DNA of 64,000 nucleotides from Spirochaetia bacterium (GCA_963662265.2 CAXXHA010000010.1:288001-352000); one strand, 5' to 3'; positions 39,560 through 50,668 are shown, counted from the first letter of the stretch. Numbers and translations: made by a program. The notes: a model not told the origin generated them from the sequence alone.

Positions 39560-40606
39560 ATGATTAAAAATCTTTCTGCTTTTTTTTTACTCTCCGTTTC
39601 TGTCCTTCTCACAGCATCAAGATGTATCTGCTTCCCGGAGGAGGATGTACCGGAGGAAATAACAATAATTTCCTGGAATGTATGCAACCTTTTCGACAGC
39701 ACAGACAATGGAACAGAATACCCGGAATATGACCCATCCGGGGATGAATGGAACAGGGAACTCTACCTGCAGAGGCTCAACAACACGGCATCTGTCATAA
39801 ACTCAATTGATAACAGGGATATTATCCTCCTTCAGGAAATAGAAAATATAAAAGTGATAGAGGATCTTTCCGGGGGAATACTTAAAAAAGACAGACTGAA
39901 ATATACAGCAGCAGCCGAAAAGGGAGAATCTGCTGTAACAACAGGTATACTAAGCCGCTTCCCAGTCAGCAGGATAAAAAACCACGCACTGGAAACTCCC
40001 GGAAGCCTGTTCCTGCGACCTGTTTTCGAGGCAGTTGTAGAAATTGGGAATAACAATCTCTACATATTCAACAACCACTGGAAATCAAAACTTGGCGGAG
40101 CTGAAAACACAGAAAAAGAGAGAATACTGGCAGCTTCTGTAATAACAAGAAGAATATCTGAAATTCTTCTCTCGGAACCGGATGCAGATATAGTAATAGC
40201 CGGGGATTTGAATGAGAATATAAATGAATATGTGCTGGCAGAAAGATCTTATCTGACAGCGATTTTCCCTGAAACAGAGTTTTTTTCAGCATTACCGGAG
40301 GATTTACTGTTCTATACACCGGATCCATCTAAAGCCGGAAGAAATGGAAACAGGCAGGTGTTTTTTACTGTCTGGAACAACCAGGAAACAGGAAGTTTCT
40401 TCTACAGGAACAGCTGGGAAACAATTGACCATTTTTTCATGAACAGTAATTTATTTGACAGATCTGGATTCAGCTATCACTCTTTCAGAATCCATTCAGA
40501 GCCTTTTTTTACTGATGATTCAATACCGGTGAAGTGGGAAAACTACAGGCAGTCCGGCTATTCAGACCATCTACCGGCAGAATTGAAGCTGACACTGGCA
40601 AAATAA
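39560..40606 (+). CDS. Exported endonuclease/exonuclease/phosphatase family protein
   Basis: SWNVCNLFD, LQEIEN, NHWKSK, AGDLNE, IDH, GYSDHLP; signal peptide from ATG 39560. Confidence 0.9.
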   Translation: MIKNLSAFFLLSVSVLLTASRCICFPEEDVPEEITIISWNVCNLFDSTDNGTEYPEYDPSGDEWNRELYLQRLNNTASVINSIDNRDIILLQEIENIKVIEDLSGGILKKDRLKYTAAAEKGESAVTTGILSRFPVSRIKNHALETPGSLFLRPVFEAVVEIGNNNLYIFNNHWKSKLGGAENTEKERILAASVITRRISEILLSEPDADIVIAGDLNENINEYVLAERSYLTAIFPETEFFSALPEDLLFYTPDPSKAGRNGNRQVFFTVWNNQETGSFFYRNSWETIDHFFMNSNLFDRSGFSYHSFRIHSEPFFTDDSIPVKWENYRQSGYSDHLPAELKLTLAK

Positions 40607-40633
40607 AAGCAAGAACTCTTCATAATTATGTGT

Positions 40634-41314
40634 TCAGCCGTGGAATAAAAGCGTTTTAAGGTCCTCAACTTTTTCAAGGTAATGATCACAGTTTTCAGAC
40701 ATGAATTCCCTGATCTCCCGTATATCATATCCCCAGCCTGCAGCAGCAATATCAACTCCGGCCCTCTTTCCCATTACAACACCAGGCTTCAGGTCATCAA
40801 GAATAACTGCATCACTTTTATTCAGAGAAAACATGGACAGCCCCTCATTTACCGGATAAGGGTCCGGCTTTCTCTTTGACTCGTCATATGTCCACCCGAA
40901 TATCAGGTCCGGTTCAAAATCAAGACCTGTAACTCTTTTGTTTTCAATATAATCTCTTTTTATCAGGTCTACTTCAGAATGGGAGACAACAACAACCCGG
41001 CCGCCGAGTTTTTTATACTCAATCAGAATTTCAATCAGTCCGGGAAAGAATTTGGGAATAATACTTTCTGTATACTTTCTCCAGATTTTATATTCCATCT
41101 CAATTTCACCCTGATCCATCCCGAGCTCACCTTTAAGGTATTCCATTATTCCGGGATCAAAATTCTTGAGAAACCACTGTTCCAGTGTCGGGACAGGGAA
41201 ATCAGGTCTCATTTTTTCCATTATTTCCAGGTGTGCCTGAAAGTGTATTTCGGGAGTGCTGTTGACCGATGTATCATCATGGTCGAGAAACAAACATTTA
41301 TATTTTAAAGCCAT
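40634..41314 (-). CDS. HAD-superfamily hydrolase
   Basis: FLDHDDT motif I, KPDP, LDDLKPG. Confidence 0.88.
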   Translation of the reverse strand: MALKYKCLFLDHDDTSVNSTPEIHFQAHLEIMEKMRPDFPVPTLEQWFLKNFDPGIMEYLKGELGMDQGEIEMEYKIWRKYTESIIPKFFPGLIEILIEYKKLGGRVVVVSHSEVDLIKRDYIENKRVTGLDFEPDLIFGWTYDESKRKPDPYPVNEGLSMFSLNKSDAVILDDLKPGVVMGKRAGVDIAAAGWGYDIREIREFMSENCDHYLEKVEDLKTLLFHG

Positions 41315-41562
41315 ATCTGATAATCTAAAATAATTACTCCGCAAAATCAATGCATGTTCACATTACTGGTTTTTCTGACGATATTTTATTATAATGGTTA
41401 TAAATATACATTCATCAGAATGAATATTCCTGATATCATTTAAATCGGTTAATGTTATAAATTTTTATAATAGATAAAAGCTGTTTTTATCAATAAAATT
41501 TGATTGATAACAGAGTCTTTATAGCTTATAATTTTTGCACTCAATAAAGGAAGGAAATATTT

Positions 41563-43758
41563 ATGAAAATCAAAAACAAACTGGTTATCAGTTTTATTCT
41601 GGCAGCATTTGTACCTCTGCTTGTTCTGGGAGCTGCATCATCAATAAGAATATTGATGATTGAAGATGAAGCAGCTTATGAAAATTATCTCAAAGTCTTA
41701 AATATTTCAGAAAGTAAAATCAACAGCTACTTTGACTCTATTGCAGAAAATACAGACTTAATCACATCGATGGATCTTATCAAATCCACAGATGAAACAA
41801 TAACAACCTATTATCAGAATACGGAAAAAACTCCTATGACACCTCTTGAAAACGGGGGAATTGAAGCGGAGCTTTTCAAATTCTTCAAGCTGACTGTAGA
41901 CAGCCACCCGTCATATTCATATGCATATGTCGGACATAAAAGCGGCGGTTTTGTAATGTACCCCACTTCTGACAGAAAACCGGGATATAATCCTCCGGAT
42001 AGAGGCTGGTACAAGGCAGCCCTCAAAACACCGGACAAGACTGTTATTGCAGATGTATACCAGACTTCAGACGGAAAATCCATTGTAATCAGCCCTGTAA
42101 AAACAGTCAGAGATAATGAGGGAAACATAGTAGGTGTATTCGGGTTTGACATAACACTGGACAGTATAACAGAAACAATTAAAGATATAGCAATCGGGAA
42201 AACAGGACATGTAATACTTGTCGATGACATGGGCCAGATTCTTTCAGACCCGAAAAATCCCGAGCTTAACTTCACAAAGCTTGAAGAAGCTGAAAACGGA
42301 TATGCAGAACTTCTTGGAAAAGAACCGGGATTATATGAAATCAAGGTCAATGGCAAAAATCATTTTGCCTATGTAACAAAAAACGAAGAATATTCATTCG
42401 CGAACCTTATTGCCCTTATTCCGAAACATGAAGTATATCAGGAAGTCGATGCCCAGATATTCTTTACTGCAATTACAGCAATAATTCTCCTCACTGTTTT
42501 CGGCTTTGTTGGCTATATTCTCTCCAAGACAATCACAAGGCCAATTGCAAAGGTCGGCCACCTTCTCAAGGAAATAGCAGAAGGGGACGGGGATTTGACA
42601 CAGAGACTCGATATAAAGACAAATGATGAAATTGCAGATGTATCAAAAAATTTCAACCTTTTCTCAACAAACCTGAACTCACTTATTTCAAACATAAAAA
42701 ATTCTTCTGAAAGCCTTGCAACAACCGGCGATGTTCTCCAGTCAAACATGGAAAGCACTGCGGCAGCTGTAAATGAAATTTCAGCAAACATTAACTCTTC
42801 AACAAGACTTTTTGACAACCAGGAGGCAAGTGTTACAGAAACCGCTTCAGCTGTTGAACAGATTTCACGGGCAATGGAATCGCTCAACAAGATGATTGAA
42901 GACCAGTCTGCAAGTGTCACAGAATCATCAGCTTCAATCGAACAGATGGTTGCTAATATAAATAATGTAAACAAGGTGTTCTCTGTACTTGGCGACAACT
43001 ACAAGCAGCTTGTTGAAACTTCAAATGAAGGTAAGAAGAAACTCAATATTGTAAATACACAGGTAAATGAAATATCAGTTCAGTCTGCCAACCTTATGGA
43101 GACAAACCATGTGATAAGCGGAATTGCCGCACAGACAAACCTTCTCTCAATGAATGCAGCTATAGAGGCAGCCCATGCGGGTGAAGCAGGAAAGGGATTT
43201 GCAGTAGTAGCAGACGAAATCAGGAAGCTTGCAGAAAACTCAGCATCACAGTCAAAGGAAATTGCTCAGAAGCTCGGATCTGTCAAAGAGGTAATTGATT
43301 CAATTGTTGATTCCTCACAGAGAGCTGAAGAGACATTCGACCTGATCATGGATGTAGTATCAAACATCGACAACCTCAGGTATGAAGTTGAAAATTCAAT
43401 GGCAGAACAGATTGAGGGCTCAAAACAGATTCTTGAAGCAATATCAAACATCAACTCAATCACCGATGCTGTAAGAAACGGATCTCTTGAAATGAACAAC
43501 GGGGTAATACAGATAACCGGGGAACTTGACAAATTCAAGAGAACAAATGCCGAAGTATTCAACAGCTACAGGGAAATAACAAATGGATCAAATGATATAA
43601 ACAAATCTATAAATGATGTTAAACATATTGCAGATTCAACAAACCAGGTTATTACAGAAATTAAGAGGGAACTTTCCAGGTTTAAACTCGACAGTTCCGC
43701 AACCGGAGTAAATGTAAAATCTGTGGAAAACATCAGAGATATGGAATCCGCAGAATAA
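41563..43758 (+). CDS. Methyl-accepting chemotaxis protein (dCache + HAMP)
   Basis: YNPPDRGWY dCache motif; [35 protein letters not shown]. Confidence 0.96.
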   Translation: MKIKNKLVISFILAAFVPLLVLGAASSIRILMIEDEAAYENYLKVLNISESKINSYFDSIAENTDLITSMDLIKSTDETITTYYQNTEKTPMTPLENGGIEAELFKFFKLTVDSHPSYSYAYVGHKSGGFVMYPTSDRKPGYNPPDRGWYKAALKTPDKTVIADVYQTSDGKSIVISPVKTVRDNEGNIVGVFGFDITLDSITETIKDIAIGKTGHVILVDDMGQILSDPKNPELNFTKLEEAENGYAELLGKEPGLYEIKVNGKNHFAYVTKNEEYSFANLIALIPKHEVYQEVDAQIFFTAITAIILLTVFGFVGYILSKTITRPIAKVGHLLKEIAEGDGDLTQRLDIKTNDEIADVSKNFNLFSTNLNSLISNIKNSSESLATTGDVLQSNMESTAAAVNEISANINSSTRLFDNQEASVTETASAVEQISRAMESLNKMIEDQSASVTESSASIEQMVANINNVNKVFSVLGDNYKQLVETSNEGKKKLNIVNTQVNEISVQSANLMETNHVISGIAAQTNLLSMNAAIEAAHAGEAGKGFAVVADEIRKLAENSASQSKEIAQKLGSVKEVIDSIVDSSQRAEETFDLIMDVVSNIDNLRYEVENSMAEQIEGSKQILEAISNINSITDAVRNGSLEMNNGVIQITGELDKFKRTNAEVFNSYREITNGSNDINKSINDVKHIADSTNQVITEIKRELSRFKLDSSATGVNVKSVENIRDMESAE

Positions 43759-43833
43759 TAATAAAAGGAAAAACAACGCGGTTGTTTCTGAAAAATATTT
43801 CATAAGAAACAGCCGCAGTAAAACAGATAATAA

Positions 43834-43898
43834 AAGACCGGTCAGGTTTGAACATTCAGCTTTATTCAAGCAGGTTCATCTGGCCGGTCTTCTTTTTT
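43834..43898 (+). terminator. Long-stem terminator after MCP
   Basis: AAGACCGGTCAG.../...CTGGCCGGTCTT followed by T run. Confidence 0.6.
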
Positions 43899-43925
43899 AT
43901 ATGAAAACTCAATCAACAACCACCA

Positions 43926-44101
43926 GAGTAAGTTGCAAAACTTGTTTTACAACAACTCAGAGACATTCGTTTACGAATGTGCTCGCAAAGACAGAGACTT
44001 TCTCGAAGAGAAAGTGCTCGAATAATGCCAAAAACAAAGTTTTTGACATAGCGAAAGGGACTTCCCTGGAGGAAGTGCCCGAAAGCAATCACTAAGTGAT
44101 T
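43926..44101 (-). repeat. Array of six hairpins (REP/BIME-like mosaic)
   Basis: Three hairpins share the GRG-AC..stem..GT-G-CYC bulged architecture; two others have G.U pairs only on the minus strand. Confidence 0.7.
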
Positions 44102-44127
44102 TACCAGGCAGCTTTTGTTTTAGTGGA

Positions 44128-45966
44128 TTAAAAAATCTCCCTGATCACATCAACAGCAGACTGTATCCTTCCGAAAGGGGGACTTACCTGAACGCCTGCA
44201 ATGGAAGGTCTCACAATATCAAGAATTTCCCTGGCAATAAGTATACCTTCACGCCTTGCAGCCTCTTTTGAATCAGCTTTTTCCATCCGCTTCATTATCT
44301 CATCAGGAATTGTAACACCCGGAACCTCATTGTTGAGGAAGAGGGCGTTTCTGTATGATGCGAGGGGCCAGATGCCTGCAATAACAGGAAGTTTGGTTCC
44401 TTTTATCTTGTCAAGAAAGGATAAAAGCTGTTCAGGATCAAAAACAGGCTGTGTTATGAAATAATCTGCTCCCGCTTCCGCCTTTTCATATGCTCTCTCA
44501 ATTTCCCGATCAAGACCTGTTGTTACAGGGTTTGCTCCTGCCCCGATTACAAAAGAGGTGGGCTCAGGAAGTTCTTTTCCTCCGAGATCTATGCCGCAGT
44601 TCAGTCTTTTTGCAAGAGAAATAAGACCCACAGCATCCACGTCAAACACACCTGTAACATCAGGATAGTTTCCAACCTTGGGAGGATCTCCGGTAATTAT
44701 GAGGAGGTTTCTAAGCCCTGCCGCCTGACATCCGAGGAGTTCAGCCTGAAGCCCTATAAGGTTTTTATCCCTGCAGCATATATGTGGTATAGTCTCAACT
44801 TCCGCCTTTCTTTCAATTTCTATTGCAGTTACTGTCACGGAAACACGGGAAGATGCTCTAGGTCCGTCAGGAAGGTTTATGCATAATACGCCACTTTCCT
44901 TAGCCTGGGCTGATTTTTCTATTATACCTGAAAGATCAGATCCTATGGGAGGAACAAGTTCTATAGTAGCAACCCATTTATTTTCTGAAAGAGCCTTTCC
45001 AAGAGCCGATCTTTCTGCAAGAGGAACTGCTTCCCTGATATCCCCTTCAATCTCAGAACTTTCGATTACTCCCTTCCTGAATCCTGAATCTATTGAAAGC
45101 ACCATCTGAGCGGCTTTTTTAATATGCTCAGGAGTTGTTCCGCAGCATCCCCCGATGACGGACGCTCCAGCTTCATAGAATTTAAGAGCATAATTCCCGA
45201 AATATGCAGGAGAAGCAAGATACATGTTTCTGTTGTCAATTTCCCGCGGCAGGCCTGCATTCGGCATGACTGAAACCGGTTTTGAAACATGCGGCTTGAC
45301 AGCCATCAGAATTTCGAGAAGATGATCAGGTCCAACAGCGCAGTTGATTCCCAGAACATCGATGGAAGTTTCCTTGTTAAGCCTCTTGGCAGCTCCCGGA
45401 GCTTCCTTCTGGTATTCCTCAAGGTTTAGAGGGCCCATGGAAAACTGTGCCTGGACAGGCATATCGGGATTCAGTCTTTCGGCAACACGCGATGCCAGAA
45501 TAAGTTCATCAATATCTCTGAATGTTTCAAAAACAAGAAGATCAATATCCTCTTTCATGAGTGAGGAAATCTGGGCTTCAAAAGCTTTTTCAGCAGTTTT
45601 TCTGTCTATCTTTCCGAACGGGGCAAGCCTTTCCCCCAGAGGACCGACTGAACCGGCAACATATATATCATCACCGGCTGCCTCGCGTGCAATTCTTACA
45701 GATGCCCTGTTAATCTCCTCAACCTTATCATCAAGCTGATAAGTCTTCAGTTTAACCGGATTTGCACCGAAACTGTTTGTTTCGATAACATGGGATCCGG
45801 AAGCAATATACTTATTGTGAATATCCCTGACCAGGTCAGGATTTGATATTGACAGTTCCTCAAAACAGCTGCTCAAAGGAACACCTGCTTCATAAAGCAT
45901 TGTTCCCATTGCACCGTCAAAAAGGACAATATTTTCTTTAACTCTTTCAATATAATTTATTCTCAA
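44128..45966 (-). CDS. Bifunctional homocysteine S-methyltransferase / methylenetetrahydrofolate reductase (YitJ-like)
   Basis: FDGAMGT, GINC, GGCCGTTPEHI; C-terminal MTHFR-like HICCRD, ITGDPP, FITQPVFD. Confidence 0.93.
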   Translation of the reverse strand: MRINYIERVKENIVLFDGAMGTMLYEAGVPLSSCFEELSISNPDLVRDIHNKYIASGSHVIETNSFGANPVKLKTYQLDDKVEEINRASVRIAREAAGDDIYVAGSVGPLGERLAPFGKIDRKTAEKAFEAQISSLMKEDIDLLVFETFRDIDELILASRVAERLNPDMPVQAQFSMGPLNLEEYQKEAPGAAKRLNKETSIDVLGINCAVGPDHLLEILMAVKPHVSKPVSVMPNAGLPREIDNRNMYLASPAYFGNYALKFYEAGASVIGGCCGTTPEHIKKAAQMVLSIDSGFRKGVIESSEIEGDIREAVPLAERSALGKALSENKWVATIELVPPIGSDLSGIIEKSAQAKESGVLCINLPDGPRASSRVSVTVTAIEIERKAEVETIPHICCRDKNLIGLQAELLGCQAAGLRNLLIITGDPPKVGNYPDVTGVFDVDAVGLISLAKRLNCGIDLGGKELPEPTSFVIGAGANPVTTGLDREIERAYEKAEAGADYFITQPVFDPEQLLSFLDKIKGTKLPVIAGIWPLASYRNALFLNNEVPGVTIPDEIMKRMEKADSKEAARREGILIAREILDIVRPSIAGVQVSPPFGRIQSAVDVIREIF

Positions 45967-46049
45967 ACCAATACTCCTGCTAAACTAGCTGCTGTTGCCT
46001 GTGTACTGAACAGGCGTCTATATCAAATTATAAGAATCAACCCGGATGA

Positions 46050-46592
46050 CTACATCCGTTTTTCAAGTTCATTGAGAACATTGCTGAAATCAATATTCTC
46101 CGCCTGAAAAAGAACCATCATATGATAAATAAGATCTGCTGATTCATAAATTATTTCATCCCGGTTTTCTGCAAGTATAAGCTCAACAGCCTCTTCGCCT
46201 GTTTTCTTCCTGATTTTGGAAAGGCCTGATTTAAACAGGTGGGTAGTGTAGGATCCTTCAGGTAGTTTTTCAGATCTTTCCCTGATAGTCCTGCCAAGCC
46301 TTTCTATAACATCGGGAACAGCAGCTTCTAAAGCTTCTCCCTTTCCGGAAGATTTATCCAAAGAAGAATCCCCTTCAACTACAGCCTCAACCCAGTCTTT
46401 CCCTTTTTTAATTTCCCTCAGCCTTAAACCTGTTGAAATATCACCATATGGAATAAGCCTTTCTGTATCCTCGTGAACAAACCAGAGAATCTTGTTTTCA
46501 AGGGATTTTTTGTATCCCTTTTCATTTGTTTTTACAATATCAATAATGTTTTTACTGCTGTCTGAAATTATCAGAGTCATTAAGTCTTTCAA
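46050..46592 (-). CDS. hisE: Phosphoribosyl-ATP diphosphatase with degenerate HisI-like N-terminus
   Basis: GSYTTHLF..KIRKKTGEEAVE..ESADLIYH; N-terminus lacks HisI Cys/Asp motifs. Confidence 0.88.
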   Translation of the reverse strand: MKDLMTLIISDSSKNIIDIVKTNEKGYKKSLENKILWFVHEDTERLIPYGDISTGLRLREIKKGKDWVEAVVEGDSSLDKSSGKGEALEAAVPDVIERLGRTIRERSEKLPEGSYTTHLFKSGLSKIRKKTGEEAVELILAENRDEIIYESADLIYHMMVLFQAENIDFSNVLNELEKRM

Positions 46593-47338
46593 AAAAACAC
46601 TCCATCATCTTTCTGATATTTATCTATCACATCCGCAAGGCTGAATTTGTTCTCATAAAATGCCTTGCCGGTAATAATCCCTGCTATTTTCCCCTTATAG
46701 CTGCTGTTTTGTGCAATATTTTTAAAATCATCCTCGCAGCTTATGCCACCAGATACAATAACAGGAAGGGAAGAGGCCTCTGCAATGAGAACTGTTCTCT
46801 CAGTATCAGGTCCGCTTAAGGTTCCGTCTCTTGATATATTGGTATAGATAATGCTGCAGAATCCGTATTCCCCGGCTTTAGCTGCAAGTTCAGTATCACT
46901 GATACCTGAACCCTTCTCCCAGCCGGAAACCTTGACCTCGCCGTTAAGAGCATCAATGCCTGCTATGAAATTCTTTCCGTATTTTGCAATCCATTCACCG
47001 CCGATTTCAGGATTACGCGCAAACACAGTTCCGAGAATAAGCCTGTCTATACCTATATCAAGGATCTCCCGGATATCATCATCGCCTCTTATTCCGCCCC
47101 CGAGTTCAAGAACAGCATCAGTCTTTTTCCTGATTTCAGAAATTGTCTTTCTGTTGTCTACACCATCTCCCCTGGCCGCATCAAGGTCTACAATATGAAT
47201 TCTTTTAGCACCTGCTTCTTCAAGCTGCATGGCAACATCTGCCGGGCTGTCTGAATAATTTGTCACCTGGCTGTAGTCGCCCCTGTAAAGCCTTACACAT
47301 TTTCCGTCAATAATATCAATTGCAGGTATTATAAGCAT
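46589..47338 (-). CDS. hisA: ProFAR isomerase
   Basis: IIPAIDIIDGKCVRL..G, HIVDLD, GGGIR, TNISRDGTLSG, SGGI. Confidence 0.96.
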   Translation of the reverse strand: MLIIPAIDIIDGKCVRLYRGDYSQVTNYSDSPADVAMQLEEAGAKRIHIVDLDAARGDGVDNRKTISEIRKKTDAVLELGGGIRGDDDIREILDIGIDRLILGTVFARNPEIGGEWIAKYGKNFIAGIDALNGEVKVSGWEKGSGISDTELAAKAGEYGFCSIIYTNISRDGTLSGPDTERTVLIAEASSLPVIVSGGISCEDDFKNIAQNSSYKGKIAGIITGKAFYENKFSLADVIDKYQKDDGVFF

Positions 47339-47343
47339 TTTCT

Positions 47344-49038
47344 TTAGTCCTTCACCTTAAATCTTTTGATTTTTTTTGTTGTTGTCATTTCAAGAGCTTC
47401 GTCAAGCACTCTTATCCTTGTAATCCGCATATAGGGCTGAAGATCCTTGTTGACAGCATGAACAATTTCATTCATCCTGCCTTCAATCTCTTCGCCATTC
47501 CGGCCTATCCTGAAATCCTCGGACGGATAAATAAGAGCCTCAATTTCCTCAGTCCTATTTTTTTTGTCCTTAATATAACCTTTAACCAGAATTTGCTCAA
47601 CTTCATCATACAGCTGAAACCGATCTTCTATCTCCTCGGGAAATACATTTTTACCCCCCTCCGTTACTATCAGGGACTTTTTCCTTCCTGTAAGGTAAAG
47701 ATAGTTCTCTGAATCAAGATATCCAGCATCCCCGGTCAGGAAATATCCATCATCTGTCATCACCTCTTTGGTCGCTTCGGGATTTTTATAATACCCCTGC
47801 ATTACAATAGGCCCTTTTATTGCTATTTCACCCCTTCCTTCAGAATCAGGATCAAGAATCTTAACATCAATTCCCGGAATAATCTTTCCGACTGATTTAA
47901 TCTTGAAATGCTCAACCGGATTAAGGGCTGCAATGGGGGAGGTTTCTGTCAGGCCATAACCCTGAACAAAATCAAGACCCATCTGGTTGTAAATATTAAA
48001 AGTGGAAGAAGGGAGCGGGCCTCCCCCGCTTATACATATCCGGATACTTGAAAGCGATGCTTTATCAAGAACTGTTTTGAAAAGCTTTTTACCTATATTT
48101 ACATTGAATACCCTTTTTATGAATCCGCTGAAACTCATCAGGAGTCTTAAAACCAGATAAACAGCAATACCCTTTTCCTTTATCCCCTTGAGTATTCCCT
48201 TCAGAATCCTGTTGAAAAGCATTGGAACACCCAGAAACATTGTCACATTAGCCTGTTTGAGGTCTGAAAGAATCTGCTTGACTACAAGCTTTGCCGCAAA
48301 AACAAGCTCGGCACCGCATGCTATTGTTTCAATGAAAACAGCAAGCATTGAATATGAATGATGAAGAGGCAGGAGAGCATAAAACACATCTGTATGATAA
48401 ATATTTAAATTTCCCTGTGCAAGAAGAGCATCATTTACAAAATTGGAATGGCTCAGCATTACTCCCTTGGGTATTCCTGTAGTTCCTGAAGTAAAGAGAA
48501 TAGCAGCTGTATCATCAGGAGAAAGGGAAACCGGCTTTTCGGGAACTGATCCTGAAACATTGTAAACATAGTTGTCTTTGTTTTCAGAAAGTGAATATCT
48601 TACATATTCAGATTTTTTATCCATCAGGAGAGTATCATACTTTTCCTCATCAACAATAAGGAACCTGCTCTCTGAAAAACTGATGAGATTTTCCATTTCA
48701 CTCTCAGACATCATATAATCAATAGGGACAACTATTCCTCCTGCAGTAAGTACTGCAAGATATGAAACAGCCCATTCGGGAGAATTTTTTCCGGTCAGGG
48801 CAACTCTGTCCCCTTTTTCAAGGCCGGAATCAATCAGGCTTCCTGCCAGCTTATAAATTTTATCCTTTGTTTCAGAATAGGTCAGCATTTTCTCATCAGG
48901 AGTATATGCGGTAAAACAGCGTCTTTCAGGAAATCTGGCTACAGAAATAAGAAAAAGTTCGGGAAGTGTAGGCACATCTCCTGAATAAAGTTTTCCGCGG
49001 TATTCCTCAATAAACTTAAAAGTATCATACATAAACAT
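47344..49038 (-). CDS. Long-chain acyl-CoA synthetase (AMP-binding)
   Basis: FTSGTTGIPKGVML, QGYGLTETSP, TGDAG, GKNVFPEEIE. Confidence 0.92.
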   Translation of the reverse strand: MFMYDTFKFIEEYRGKLYSGDVPTLPELFLISVARFPERRCFTAYTPDEKMLTYSETKDKIYKLAGSLIDSGLEKGDRVALTGKNSPEWAVSYLAVLTAGGIVVPIDYMMSESEMENLISFSESRFLIVDEEKYDTLLMDKKSEYVRYSLSENKDNYVYNVSGSVPEKPVSLSPDDTAAILFTSGTTGIPKGVMLSHSNFVNDALLAQGNLNIYHTDVFYALLPLHHSYSMLAVFIETIACGAELVFAAKLVVKQILSDLKQANVTMFLGVPMLFNRILKGILKGIKEKGIAVYLVLRLLMSFSGFIKRVFNVNIGKKLFKTVLDKASLSSIRICISGGGPLPSSTFNIYNQMGLDFVQGYGLTETSPIAALNPVEHFKIKSVGKIIPGIDVKILDPDSEGRGEIAIKGPIVMQGYYKNPEATKEVMTDDGYFLTGDAGYLDSENYLYLTGRKKSLIVTEGGKNVFPEEIEDRFQLYDEVEQILVKGYIKDKKNRTEEIEALIYPSEDFRIGRNGEEIEGRMNEIVHAVNKDLQPYMRITRIRVLDEALEMTTTKKIKRFKVKD

Positions 49039-49062
49039 TTTCTCCTTGCATGGATTAAATCA

Positions 49063-49237
49063 CATACACCTCCGCAAGCAGCGGGGTATATGGTTCTGTA
49101 AGGAATGGATTGTATGTCGGATTCAGGACTCAAAAACTTTATACAATCTAAATCTTACTTATTTTCAAAATTACGCAGCAAGCTACAGGTTATTACACAA
49201 CCACAGGCGGGGGTATTAGGCCCGACCTGCGAATAAA
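49063..49237. mobile_element. Possible degenerate non-autonomous palindromic element
   Basis: GC hairpins with GCAAGC cores (49063-49092, 49175-49186), GGGGTAT motifs, internal inverted repeat; no transposase. Confidence 0.35.
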
Positions 49238-49461
49238 CAGTTTGATTTTTCAATTATATACAAACAGACTGTTATCAGGTTTATTCAGGAATAGTCAGTT
49301 TTCCTGATATTTAATAGCCGACATTAAGGATTATAATAATCCCCTTTGCATACGTTATGATAAATACAAAAAAAATCAATAATCCGGTCTGTTGAGGCTT
49401 CTGTTTAATATGTTATAATTAAATACCCTATTATTATACCGGATTTCCAGAAAAATAAAAT

Positions 49462-50439
49462 ATGAAAATATATATATTACCAGTAATTATTTTAACACTG
49501 ATAACTCTCTATTTGGCAGGACCTGAAATTGATAAGGAAATGAAAATGCCGCAGCTCCCCGAAATAACTGATCCTCAAAAATATATAGGCGAATCTGAAG
49601 CCGGAATTCATGATATGAGACCGGGAAACAGTAAAAAAATCGTCTGGGCAGAAAAAGAGGGAGAAAAAACAGAATACTCAATCATATATATCCACGGATT
49701 TACCGCGTCACGCAGCGAAACAGCACCTCTGACAGAAATTATTGCAGAGAAGACAGGGGCAAATGTTTTTTATACAAGACTTAAAGGGCATGGCCGGTAT
49801 GAACTCAGGTCACAGGAAAATGTAAATATTTCCGACTGGCTTGAAGATACGGAGGAAGCTCTTGAAATAGGGAAGATGATTGGAGAAAAAGTCCTGGTTG
49901 TTTCATGTTCAACAGGAACCGCTCTTGCAACATGGCTTATGGAAAAACATCCTGATGATATTGAAGCAACAGTTATGATTTCTCCCAACTTTGAACCGGC
50001 AGACAGAAGAATTTTTATCCTGTCGTATAAATGGGGTCCGGCCCTTTCAAAACTGATGGAGGGGGAAATTATCGGTGAAAAGGAGCATATAATATCACCT
50101 GAACATGCAAACAACTGGAGCTATATCTACAGGACAGATATGGTTTTTCCTGTTGTGGCTCTTCTTGAATATGTAAAATCTGTTGATTTTTCCGAAATAG
50201 ATGTACCTGTGATTATGTTTTATTCCTCCAGAGATAAAATTGTAAATCAGAAAAAGACTCTCGATGTTTTTGAAGAATGGGGTACAGAAAAAAAGAAAAT
50301 TACAGAGATAATGAATCCGGGCGATAAAAACTGCCATGTAATTGCCGGCGATATATTTTCACCGGAAACAACTGATTTTGCAGTACACGAAATAATTGAA
50401 TTTTTAAGACAATACGGCATTATTCCTGAAAACAACTGA
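49462..50439 (+). CDS. Membrane-anchored alpha/beta hydrolase
   Basis: IHGF oxyanion motif, SCSTG nucleophile elbow, D-KIV, H-VIAGD. Confidence 0.88.
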   Translation: MKIYILPVIILTLITLYLAGPEIDKEMKMPQLPEITDPQKYIGESEAGIHDMRPGNSKKIVWAEKEGEKTEYSIIYIHGFTASRSETAPLTEIIAEKTGANVFYTRLKGHGRYELRSQENVNISDWLEDTEEALEIGKMIGEKVLVVSCSTGTALATWLMEKHPDDIEATVMISPNFEPADRRIFILSYKWGPALSKLMEGEIIGEKEHIISPEHANNWSYIYRTDMVFPVVALLEYVKSVDFSEIDVPVIMFYSSRDKIVNQKKTLDVFEEWGTEKKKITEIMNPGDKNCHVIAGDIFSPETTDFAVHEIIEFLRQYGIIPENN

Positions 50440-50668
50440 TATAAACTGTTTTATATACACGGCGGCATTGCCTGATCAGGAAAATAATCCTTTTTCTGCA
50501 GTTTGATAAGGATTTATCAAAAAAACACAAATTTCATATTTTTAACACTATTCTAACAATTCATTCATTTTTTTCTAACACACCATGACAAATATATTAA
50601 TCAATAGTTTAATGCCGTAATGGGCTTTTTTTAAGTCCAACTTTCTTTCTTTCTTTTTTTGAGTTCTG

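Noticed and set aside
43901-44095. 64-aa ORF over the hairpin array
   Set aside because: No RBS or motif; the sequence is explained by palindromes
43926-44101. Integron attC cassette array
   Set aside because: No RYYYAAC...GTTRRRY core sites bounding the hairpins, no cassette ORFs between them and no integrase
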